Made by a program: the position numbers and the translations under genes. DNA of 64,000 nucleotides from Escherichia coli (GTDB taxonomy: Bacteria > Pseudomonadota > Gammaproteobacteria > Enterobacterales > Enterobacteriaceae). How positions within the stretch are numbered: position 1 is the first letter of the stretch; each line of letters begins with the position of its first letter. The stretch lies in assembly GCF_041248615.1 (NCBI RefSeq), contig NZ_CP158426.1; one strand, 5' to 3'. A model generated the notes under the pieces. The model did no database searches and was not told the origin of the DNA. It worked only from the letters and a program-made list of their open reading frames with translations. Below, in pieces: positions 51,683-60,412 of this stretch.

Positions 51683-53158
51683 ATGTCTTTACAGGAAGAG
51701 GAACTCGTTTCCAGTCATGCCGGGCAGCCTGAGCAGGCATCGTCGCTGCTTGATCAAATCATGGCACAGACCCGTATTCAGCCCGGTTCGGAAGGTTATG
51801 ACGTTGCCCGCCAGGGTGTGACAGCCTTTATTGCCAGCATCCTGCAATCCACTGCATCTGCCGAACCGGTCAATAAACTGGCCGTGGACAGCATGATTGC
51901 AGATATTGATGAACGCATCAGCCGCCAGATGGATGTCATCATCCATGCGCCTGCCTTTCAGCAGGTCGAGTCGTTCTGGCGCTCACTGAAAACCATGGTG
52001 GATCGCGTTGATTTCCGTGAAAACATCAAGGTCAACGTGCTTCATGTCACCAAGCAGGAACTTCTGGAAGACTTTGAGTTTGCGCCAGAAATTATTCAGT
52101 CCGGATTTTATAAGCACGTTTATTCGTCCGGTTTCGGACAGTTTGGCGGTGAACCCATCGCTGCCGTGCTGGGCGCTTATGAGTTCAAAAATACCGCGCC
52201 TGACATGAAACTGCTGCAATACGTCAGTGCCGTGGGCGCAATGGCGCACGCACCGTTCCTGTCCTCCGTTTCCCCGGAGTTTATGGGGCTGAACTCGTGG
52301 ACCGAACTGCCTAATATCAAAGATCTTTATGCCATCTTTGAAGGTCCGGCCTACACCAAATGGCGCGCCCTGCGAGACTCGGAAGATTCGCGCTATATAG
52401 GGCTTACGGCACCCCGCTTCCTGCTTCGCCAGCCTTATTCACCAACAGATAACCCTGTTAAGAACTTTAACTATCACGAAGATGTCAGCCGGAACCACGA
52501 AGATTATCTGTGGGGTAATACGGCCTGGATGCTGGCGTGCAATGTCGCAGACAGTTTTGCCAAATACCGCTGGTGTCCAAATATCATCGGTCCGCAAAGC
52601 GGCGGCGCAGTGAAAGATCTGCCGGTGCATCTGTTCGAAACGATGGGTCAGATTCAGGCCAAAATCCCAACCGAGGTGCTGGTCACCGATCGCCGCGAAT
52701 TTGAACTGGCTGAAGAGGGTTTTATCACCCTTACCATGCGTAAAGACTCTGATAATGCAGCCTTTTTCTCTGCAAACTCGGTACAAAAACCGAAGCACTT
52801 TCCGGGCAAAGACGCAGAAACCAACTATAAGTTGGGTACGCAGCTTCCTTATCTCTTCATCATCAATCGGTTAGCGCACTACATCAAGGTGTTGCAGCGT
52901 GAACAACTGGGGTCATGGAAAGAAAGGAGCGACTTAGAGAGGGAGCTTAATACCTGGATCCGTCAGTATGTTGCCGACCAGGAAAACCCGCCTGCGGACG
53001 TGCGCAGCCGCAAGCCTCTGCGTGCTGCCAGAGTTGAGGTTATGGATGTGGAAGGCGAACCCGGCTGGTACCAGGTCGCGCTGAGCGTGCGGCCCCATTT
53101 TAAATTTATGGGGGCAAACTTTGAGCTTTCCCTGGTTGGCCGGTTAGACAGGGAGTAA
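51683..53158 (+). CDS. tssC: T6SS sheath large subunit TssC
   Basis: 491 aa; TssC/VipB pattern throughout. Confidence 0.95.
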   Translation: MSLQEEELVSSHAGQPEQASSLLDQIMAQTRIQPGSEGYDVARQGVTAFIASILQSTASAEPVNKLAVDSMIADIDERISRQMDVIIHAPAFQQVESFWRSLKTMVDRVDFRENIKVNVLHVTKQELLEDFEFAPEIIQSGFYKHVYSSGFGQFGGEPIAAVLGAYEFKNTAPDMKLLQYVSAVGAMAHAPFLSSVSPEFMGLNSWTELPNIKDLYAIFEGPAYTKWRALRDSEDSRYIGLTAPRFLLRQPYSPTDNPVKNFNYHEDVSRNHEDYLWGNTAWMLACNVADSFAKYRWCPNIIGPQSGGAVKDLPVHLFETMGQIQAKIPTEVLVTDRREFELAEEGFITLTMRKDSDNAAFFSANSVQKPKHFPGKDAETNYKLGTQLPYLFIINRLAHYIKVLQREQLGSWKERSDLERELNTWIRQYVADQENPPADVRSRKPLRAARVEVMDVEGEPGWYQVALSVRPHFKFMGANFELSLVGRLDRE

Positions 53159-53164
53159 CACGCC

Positions 53165-53578
53165 ATGATACCGGATCGGGAAAGAACCACAGGTTCTCTT
53201 TTTGAGCGTATGGAAGCCTCACCGGCCAGAAACTGGCAAGGAAGCAGTATTCATGCGCTCAGGCAGTCCATTCGCCAGAACCTGCGAAACATTCTTAATA
53301 CCCGATCCGGTAGTTGCCGGGGTGCGCCTGAACTGGGCATTGATGAACCTGAAGGGGCTGAAAACTTCCGCGAATCAATGAGTCTGGCCATCGCGCAATG
53401 TATAGAACGCTATGAACCCCGGATCTCACACGCTGAAGTGCAGGCTGTGGTTTCATCCGCCGCCAGCCCGCTGGATATGACGTTTCGTATTACAGCCTGG
53501 GTGACATTTAACGAAACGCATGAGGTGCTTGAATTTGATATGGCACCGAATGGCAGCCAGCATTACCGGGTGGACTGA
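53165..53578 (+). CDS. tssE: T6SS baseplate protein TssE (gp25-like)
   Basis: 137 aa; position and gp25-like pattern. Confidence 0.85.
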   Translation: MIPDRERTTGSLFERMEASPARNWQGSSIHALRQSIRQNLRNILNTRSGSCRGAPELGIDEPEGAENFRESMSLAIAQCIERYEPRISHAEVQAVVSSAASPLDMTFRITAWVTFNETHEVLEFDMAPNGSQHYRVD

Positions 53579-53581
53579 CAA

Positions 53582-55432
53582 ATGGAATTTGAAGAACGCT
53601 ATTTCCGGGAAGAACTCGATTACCTGCGCCAGCTTAGCAAGCTGCTGGCAACGGAAAAACCCCATCTGGCCCGCTTCCTGGCCGAAAAAGATGCAGATCC
53701 GGATATTGAACGCCTGCTGGAAGGGGTGGCTTTTCTTACCGGCAATCTCCGCCAGAAAATTGAGGATGAATTCCCAGAACTGACGCACGGGCTTATTAAG
53801 ATGCTATGGCCTAATTACCTGCGTCCGGTTCCGGCAATGACCCTTATTGAATATACGCCGGATATGGATAAGTCTTCTGTACCGGTGTTAATCCCCCGTA
53901 ATGAGCAGTTTACAACCAACGCCGGGGAAATCAGAGTTGATGAAGTGCTGCCCTCTGATGCTAAAAAGGAGGAGCCTCCTCCCTGTACCTTCACCCTCTG
54001 CCGGGATATCTGGCTGCTGCCCGTTCGCCTGGAGCAGATTGAAAACCGCAGTACGACCCGTAATGGTGTTATCAACATCACCTTTTCGGTCGCACCGGGA
54101 ACGGACTTCCGCACGCTGGATCTGAACAAACTTCGCTTCTGGCTCGGCAATGACGACAACTATACCCGTGACCAGCTTTATTTATGGTTCTGTGAATACT
54201 TGCAGGGTGCCGACCTGACTGTGGGTGAACAGCATATTCGCCTGCCTGAGTTTATGCTGAAAGCTGTCGGTTTTGAGCCGCAGGATGCCATGCTGCCCTG
54301 GCCGAAAAACGTCCACAGCGGCTACCGGATCCTTCAGGAGTATTTCTGTTACCCCGATGCGTTTCTCTTTTTTGATCTTTGTGGTTGTCCGGCTTTGCCT
54401 GACGGATTGCAGGCGGAATTCTTTACCCTGCAACTGCGTTTTTCGCGCCCTTTGCCCGTGGACATCCGGCTGCGCCGCGATTCCCTGCGCCTGTATTGCG
54501 CACCTGCCATTAATTTATTTATCCACCATGCAGAAGCCATCACGCTGGACAACCGGCGGGCAGACTATCCGCTGGTTCCCAGCCGCCATTACCCACAACA
54601 TTACGATGTATTTTCCGTTAACAGTGTGGTGAGCCAGGTCCAGGATATGTTCAGGAAAAAAGATCTGGGGCGTCCTGTTTCGACGCAGGCCGCGCGCCAG
54701 TGGCCAGCCTTTGAAAGTTTCAGCCATCAGATGGAATACAGCCGGAAGCGGGAAGTGGTGTACTGGCATCACCGGACCAAAACATCCCTGTTCCATCGCG
54801 GCTTTGATCATACTCTTGCCTTTATACATGCTGATGGCAGTTATCCGTCAGATGAATCTCTGCTCAGTAATGAAGTGGTTTCGGTATCGCTGACCTGTAC
54901 CAACCGTGAGCTTCCGTCACAAATTCGTTCCGGCGATATCACCGGCACAACCGGTAAAAATGCGGCTGTTGCTTCATTTCGCAACATTACCCGCCCGACG
55001 CAACCACTCTGGCCGGTCATTGATGGCAGCCTGCACTGGTCCCTACTCTCCGCCATGAACCTGAATTATCTGTCATTACTGGATACGGACGCGCTGAAGC
55101 AGGTCATCGCCAACTTTGATCGCCACGCAATCCATCATCCGCAGACGGCGCGGCTGTCACAACAAAAGCTGGATGCCATTGAGCGTCTGGAGACTCGCCC
55201 TGTCGACCGCCTGTTTACGGGCATTCCCGTCCGGGGGCTGGCCTCCACGCTGTATCTGCACCCGGAGCCGTTTGTCTGTGAAGGGGAAATGTATCTGCTC
55301 GGTACGGTGCTTTCGCATTTTCTGTCGCTGTACGCCAGCGTTAACTCATTCCACATGCTGACCGTTGTGAACACAGAAAGCCAGGAGACATGGAAATGGA
55401 CGGAAAGAACCGGGCAGCATCCTCTTATCTGA
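53582..55432 (+). CDS. tssF: T6SS baseplate protein TssF
   Basis: 616 aa; N-terminus MEFEERYFREELDYLRQL typical of TssF. Confidence 0.9.
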   Translation: MEFEERYFREELDYLRQLSKLLATEKPHLARFLAEKDADPDIERLLEGVAFLTGNLRQKIEDEFPELTHGLIKMLWPNYLRPVPAMTLIEYTPDMDKSSVPVLIPRNEQFTTNAGEIRVDEVLPSDAKKEEPPPCTFTLCRDIWLLPVRLEQIENRSTTRNGVINITFSVAPGTDFRTLDLNKLRFWLGNDDNYTRDQLYLWFCEYLQGADLTVGEQHIRLPEFMLKAVGFEPQDAMLPWPKNVHSGYRILQEYFCYPDAFLFFDLCGCPALPDGLQAEFFTLQLRFSRPLPVDIRLRRDSLRLYCAPAINLFIHHAEAITLDNRRADYPLVPSRHYPQHYDVFSVNSVVSQVQDMFRKKDLGRPVSTQAARQWPAFESFSHQMEYSRKREVVYWHHRTKTSLFHRGFDHTLAFIHADGSYPSDESLLSNEVVSVSLTCTNRELPSQIRSGDITGTTGKNAAVASFRNITRPTQPLWPVIDGSLHWSLLSAMNLNYLSLLDTDALKQVIANFDRHAIHHPQTARLSQQKLDAIERLETRPVDRLFTGIPVRGLASTLYLHPEPFVCEGEMYLLGTVLSHFLSLYASVNSFHMLTVVNTESQETWKWTERTGQHPLI

Positions 55433-56478
55433 GTCCGGGAAATCCCCCGGCAGATAAAGAGCAGAATGATCCGCTGGCACAGGTTTTTCATAACGCCTGC
55501 TCTTACAATTTTTTTGCGATGGCGGAGCTGTTGCACCGCCTGGCACAGGGTGAAAAGGGGACGCCGGAATTATCCCTGCGCGACGATCCGGCACAGGAAA
55601 CCCTGCGTTTCAGCGCCGATGCCAGCCTTGCGTTTCCCCTGAGTGATATCAGTGCGCTGAAACGGGATACGTCAGGGGCATTCAGGATGACCACTACCTT
55701 TATGGGGTTACAGGGGAGCCAGTCGCCTCTCCCCGGTTATTACCTCGATCACCTGGCCTGGAAAGCGGTACATGAACAAAGTCCGGTAGGTGATTTTCTG
55801 GATATGTTCAGCCACCGCCTGACCCAGTTTGTCTGGCATATCTGGCGTAAGTACCGCTATCACATCAGTTTTCGTAACGGCGGTGTGGATGCGTTCTCGC
55901 AGCGCATGTACTCCCTTGTTGGGCTGGGCCACCGCCAGCTTCGCGATAAGCTGGCGATTAATCACAGCAAAATGCTGGCGTATTCCGGGATCCTGGCAAA
56001 TCCGGGACGATCCCCGGAAATAATCTGCGGTCTGGTGTCCCACTGTTTTGATTTGTCAGACGTGACGCTGCAAAACTGGCAACGTCGCAAGGTGGATATT
56101 GAACCGGATCAGCAAAATAGCCTGGGGAGTTATTCACTTAAAAATGGCGAAAAACTGGCAGGAAGATCGGTACTGGGCAACTTTGTTCTGGGTACACGGG
56201 TGCCCGATCTCAGCGGAAAATTCCAGCTCAGTATTACCAGCCTGACCCGAAAACAGTTCCTCTCTTTTCTGCCGTCCGGCGAAAACTTCCTGCCACTGAC
56301 GATGTTTGTGTCCTTCATCCTGCGCGATCAGCTTGCCTGGGACTTACATCTGGGGCTGGCGCCGGAGCAGGTGGGCGCAATGCGCCTGGGCGATAACAAA
56401 AGTGCGCTGCTGGGCTGGACCAGCTTCCTCGGCACACCGGAAGAACGACCTTCAGTCACCATCAGGGTACGGTCGTAA
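55396..56478 (+). CDS. tssG: T6SS baseplate protein TssG
   Basis: Overlaps tssF end; ATG 55396 preferred (AGGAG 8 nt upstream). Confidence 0.85.
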   Translation: MDGKNRAASSYLSPGNPPADKEQNDPLAQVFHNACSYNFFAMAELLHRLAQGEKGTPELSLRDDPAQETLRFSADASLAFPLSDISALKRDTSGAFRMTTTFMGLQGSQSPLPGYYLDHLAWKAVHEQSPVGDFLDMFSHRLTQFVWHIWRKYRYHISFRNGGVDAFSQRMYSLVGLGHRQLRDKLAINHSKMLAYSGILANPGRSPEIICGLVSHCFDLSDVTLQNWQRRKVDIEPDQQNSLGSYSLKNGEKLAGRSVLGNFVLGTRVPDLSGKFQLSITSLTRKQFLSFLPSGENFLPLTMFVSFILRDQLAWDLHLGLAPEQVGAMRLGDNKSALLGWTSFLGTPEERPSVTIRVRS

Positions 56479-56481
56479 ATT

Positions 56482-57783
56482 ATGATAATCACGGAGCAGA
56501 ATATGCCGGAAGAGAAACTACAGACGCTTTCATTGCAGGTCATTAACGGCAGTGAGCTGGAAAGCGGGCGGGCGGCGCGCTGTCTGTTCACACAGCAGGG
56601 AAATGTCGGCCATGGCCCCGAATGCCACTGGTCGGTACAGGATCGTCAGCAGAGCATTCCGGCTCAGGCTTTTACCGTTATCCTGCACGATGGCACATTT
56701 TGTCTGCGCCCGCAGACGGCACAACTGTGGCTGAACCAAGCAAAAGTCACAGCAACATCAGACCTGATACAGCTGCGCCAGGGCGATGAGATCCAGATAG
56801 GGCGTCTGATGGTGAGGGTTCATCTGAACCGGGGAGATATCCCCCATTACGATGAGGAAATGGCCACTCCCGAAACCATCGTCACCAATCGCGATATGCT
56901 CACGGATACCCTGCTGTCAACGGAGGGTGCGCCACACTATCCGGGAATGACTCACCGGCATCAGCTTGCAGACACCGTGGTAAACGGTTTTTCTGCCGAT
57001 CCACTCCAGGCTCTTCAGTCCGAAAGCCTGATTACCACGGGCGATCCGCTTTCAGGCATTGCGGCTGTCCGGCCATCGGCACCGCTGTCCGATCCGGCAA
57101 GTAATGGGGGGATCAATACGCCGTTTATGGATCTGCCGCCCATTTATGCCAGCCCCGGCGATCGTAATGATGACGTCTCTGTGGCAGAAATGGCGCAACG
57201 CCACCTTGCGGTCACCCCCTTACTGCGCGGTCTCGGCGGTTCGCTTACCGTGAGCAATTCCGACGATGCGGATGATTTTCTGGAAGAGGCCGGACGAACG
57301 TTACAGGCCGCAATAAAAGGTCTGCTCGATTTGCAGCAACAGCGTAACAGCCTCTCAGACAAACATTTGCGCCCGCTGGAAGATAACCCGCTGCGCCTGA
57401 ACATGGATTACGCCACCGCGCTCGACGTGATGTTTGCCGAAGGTAAAAGTCCGGTACATCTGGCGGCTCCCGCCGCTGTCAGTGAAAGCCTGCGCAATGT
57501 CCGCCACCACGAAGAAGCTAACCGGGCAGCGATTGTGGAGTCGCTTCGTGTCCTGCTGGATGCTTTCTCACCACAAAATCTGCTGCGCCGCTTTGTGCAG
57601 TACCGCCGCAGCCATGAACTGCGCCAGCCGCTGGATGATGCCGGAGCATGGCAAATGTACAGCCATTATTACGAAGAACTGGCCTCCGATCGCCAGCAGG
57701 GGTTTGAGATGCTGTTTAACGAGGTCTACGCCCAGGTCTATGACCGGGTGCTTCGTGAAAAACAGCGGGAGCCGGAAGCATGA
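56482..57783 (+). CDS. tagH: T6SS FHA-domain protein TagH
   Basis: 433 aa; N-terminal FHA-like domain, long low-complexity C-terminal region. Confidence 0.8.
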   Translation: MIITEQNMPEEKLQTLSLQVINGSELESGRAARCLFTQQGNVGHGPECHWSVQDRQQSIPAQAFTVILHDGTFCLRPQTAQLWLNQAKVTATSDLIQLRQGDEIQIGRLMVRVHLNRGDIPHYDEEMATPETIVTNRDMLTDTLLSTEGAPHYPGMTHRHQLADTVVNGFSADPLQALQSESLITTGDPLSGIAAVRPSAPLSDPASNGGINTPFMDLPPIYASPGDRNDDVSVAEMAQRHLAVTPLLRGLGGSLTVSNSDDADDFLEEAGRTLQAAIKGLLDLQQQRNSLSDKHLRPLEDNPLRLNMDYATALDVMFAEGKSPVHLAAPAAVSESLRNVRHHEEANRAAIVESLRVLLDAFSPQNLLRRFVQYRRSHELRQPLDDAGAWQMYSHYYEELASDRQQGFEMLFNEVYAQVYDRVLREKQREPEA

Positions 57784-58304
57784 ACAGGAAGGCGTTTCTG
57801 GCCTGCGTGCTGATGTGCGTCATATTAACCGGCTGCGAAACGGCGAAAAAAATCAGCGAGGTGATCAAAAACCCGGATATCCAGGTCGGGAGCCTGAAGG
57901 AGCAACCTTCGGAAATAACCGTCACCCTGCTGACCGAACCGGACACAAATACCAATGCGGAGGGTGAATCAGCCGCCGTGGATGTGCAACTGGTGTACCT
58001 GACTGACGACTCAAAATTGCTGGCAGCCGACTATGACCAGATAGCCAGTACGCCGCTACCGGATGTGCTGGGTAAAAACTATATCGACCACCAGGATTTC
58101 AACCTGTTGCCGGACACCATCAAAACCCTGCCGCCGGTAAAGCTGGATGAGAAAACGCAGTTTATTGGTGTCGTGGCCTATTTCTCCGATGACCAGGCCA
58201 CTGAATGGAAACAAATCGAGACGGTGGAAGGAACCGGCCACCATTACCGCCTGCTGGTGCATGTACGTCAAAGCAGCATCGAAATGAAAAAAGAGGATGA
58301 ATAA
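57780..58304 (+). CDS. tssJ: T6SS outer-membrane lipoprotein TssJ
   Basis: 174 aa; lipobox LTGC. Confidence 0.85.
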   Translation: MNRKAFLACVLMCVILTGCETAKKISEVIKNPDIQVGSLKEQPSEITVTLLTEPDTNTNAEGESAAVDVQLVYLTDDSKLLAADYDQIASTPLPDVLGKNYIDHQDFNLLPDTIKTLPPVKLDEKTQFIGVVAYFSDDQATEWKQIETVEGTGHHYRLLVHVRQSSIEMKKEDE

Positions 58305-58306
58305 TT

Positions 58307-59638
58307 ATGGCAACCACCCGCAACAAGGTGATGTGGCAGGAAGGGATGCTGATGCGCCCACACCATTTCCAGCAACAGCAGCGTTACAACGACTACCTGG
58401 ATAACCAGCGTTTCCGGGCCATGAATGATTTATCCTGGGGATTTACCGAACTCACCCTCAACAATGAACTGCTGGCGCAGGGTAAGATCATGATTGACAG
58501 CGCGTCAGGCACACTGCCCGACGGCACCGTCTTTTCTATCCCCGACCAGGACGCACTGCCCGATCCGCTGCACCCGCAACATTTTCCGGACGAAAGAAGC
58601 CGCAATATTTACCTCGCTCTGCCGGTCGCCAGTGATGTGAGAAATGAAATCAGCGACGGGCGGCGAATCGGGCGTTACCGGCTGAATTATGCCGATGTCC
58701 GGGATCTGCATTCAGAAGAAGGTGACGCGCGAACACTGACGCTGGGTCAACTGACGCCGCGCATTATGAGCGGTGCAGAAGATATGAGCGCCTATATTAC
58801 GCTCCCGCTTTGCCGTATCAGCGATCGCCATGCCGACGGCTCCCTGACGCTGGATGACGATTTTATCCCCTCCTGCCAGAATATTCAGGTCAGTAAGAAA
58901 CTGCGTGTTTATCTCAAAGAGGTACAGGGGGCCATTGGCGGACGGGCAAGCGATCTGGCAAACCGCATTGGCTCTCCGGCGCAGAGCGGCATCGCGGATG
59001 TGGCGGAATTTATGATGTTGCAGTTACTTAACCGTAACCAGACCCGGTTTACCCATCGCGCTCGTCGATCCCAGCTCCACCCAGAAGATTTCTACCTTGA
59101 TCTTGCCGGGTTGCTGGGTGAACTGATGACCTTTACCGAGCCGTCGCGCCTGCCCTGCCCGCTTGATGTGTATGATCATCATGACCTGACCAAAACATTT
59201 AAAACGCTGTTACCGGAAGTCAAACGGGCGCTGCATACCGTACTGTCGCCAAGAGCCGTTAATCTGCCGCTGCATCTGCGTGACGGTATCTGGCAGGCCG
59301 ATATCCATGACACAGAACTGCTGCAATCTGCCACCTTTGTGCTGGCCGTGGCGGCAAACATGCCGGTCGATCAGATCCAGCGCCAGTTTATCCAGCAGTC
59401 GAAAATTTCCTCGCCGGAAAAAATCCGCAATATGGTCAGTGTGCAGATACCCGGCATTCCATTGCGTGCCCTGATGGTGGCTCCCCGCCAGCTTCCTTAC
59501 CATTCCGGGTTCAGCTATTTCGAACTCGACAAGAGCGGCCAGGCCTGGACAGAAATGGCTGCCGCCGGGGCCGTTGCACTGCATGTATCCGGCAGTTTCC
59601 CGGATCTGAACATGCAACTGTGGGCGATAAGAGGGTAA
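58307..59638 (+). CDS. tssK: T6SS baseplate protein TssK
   Basis: 443 aa; N-terminus KVMWQEGMLMRPHHFQQQQRY typical of TssK. Confidence 0.9.
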   Translation: MATTRNKVMWQEGMLMRPHHFQQQQRYNDYLDNQRFRAMNDLSWGFTELTLNNELLAQGKIMIDSASGTLPDGTVFSIPDQDALPDPLHPQHFPDERSRNIYLALPVASDVRNEISDGRRIGRYRLNYADVRDLHSEEGDARTLTLGQLTPRIMSGAEDMSAYITLPLCRISDRHADGSLTLDDDFIPSCQNIQVSKKLRVYLKEVQGAIGGRASDLANRIGSPAQSGIADVAEFMMLQLLNRNQTRFTHRARRSQLHPEDFYLDLAGLLGELMTFTEPSRLPCPLDVYDHHDLTKTFKTLLPEVKRALHTVLSPRAVNLPLHLRDGIWQADIHDTELLQSATFVLAVAANMPVDQIQRQFIQQSKISSPEKIRNMVSVQIPGIPLRALMVAPRQLPYHSGFSYFELDKSGQAWTEMAAAGAVALHVSGSFPDLNMQLWAIRG

Positions 59639-59642
59639 GACG

Positions 59643-60404
59643 ATGGATGAGGGGTCACTGTCTCTGCCACCATTTACCGGACACCACGAAAAAAGCCAGC
59701 GCGACTATCATCTCGCGCTTCGTGGCAACAGCCTGAATCCGATGATCGACGCAGCCACGCCGCTCCTCGGTATGGTGATGCGCCTTTCAACCATGAACAG
59801 TCAGACGATGCCGGAGCATCTTTTTGCTCAGGTGGTGACGGATGTTCAGGCCGTGGAGCAACTGCTTCAGGAGCAGGGCTACGAACCGGGCGTGATTATC
59901 TCGTTTCGCTACATCCTCTGCACGTTTATTGATGAAGCGGCGCTCGGTAACGGCTGGTCGAACAAGAACGAGTGGATCAAGCAGTCATTGCTGGTCCATT
60001 TCCACAACGAAGCCTGGGGTGGAGAGAAAGTTTTCATCCTGCTGGAGCGCCTGATCCGTGAACCCAAACGTTACCAGGATCTGCTGGAATTTCTCTGGCT
60101 CTGTTTTTCTCTGGGATTTCGCGGGCGCTACAAAGTGGCAGCACAGGATCAGGGGGAATTTGAGCAGATCTACCGCCGCCTGTACCACGTCCTGCATAAA
60201 CTACGCGGCGATGCCCCTTTCCCGCTGTTACACCAGGACAAAAAAACCCAGGGCGGGCGTTATCAGCTCATCAGTCGCCTGACCATTAAACATATTTTTT
60301 GTGGTGGCGTTGTCGTGCTGGCGTTGTTTTACCTGTTCTATCTGTTGCGGTTGGACAGCCAGACGCAGGACATCCTGCACCAGCTAAACAAATTACTTCG
60401 ATAA
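59643..60404 (+). CDS. tssL: T6SS membrane protein TssL (DotU-like, no peptidoglycan-binding extension)
   Basis: 253 aa; cytoplasmic DotU-like domain plus single C-terminal TM helix. Confidence 0.85.
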   Translation: MDEGSLSLPPFTGHHEKSQRDYHLALRGNSLNPMIDAATPLLGMVMRLSTMNSQTMPEHLFAQVVTDVQAVEQLLQEQGYEPGVIISFRYILCTFIDEAALGNGWSNKNEWIKQSLLVHFHNEAWGGEKVFILLERLIREPKRYQDLLEFLWLCFSLGFRGRYKVAAQDQGEFEQIYRRLYHVLHKLRGDAPFPLLHQDKKTQGGRYQLISRLTIKHIFCGGVVVLALFYLFYLLRLDSQTQDILHQLNKLLR

Positions 60405-60412
60405 GGACGTTT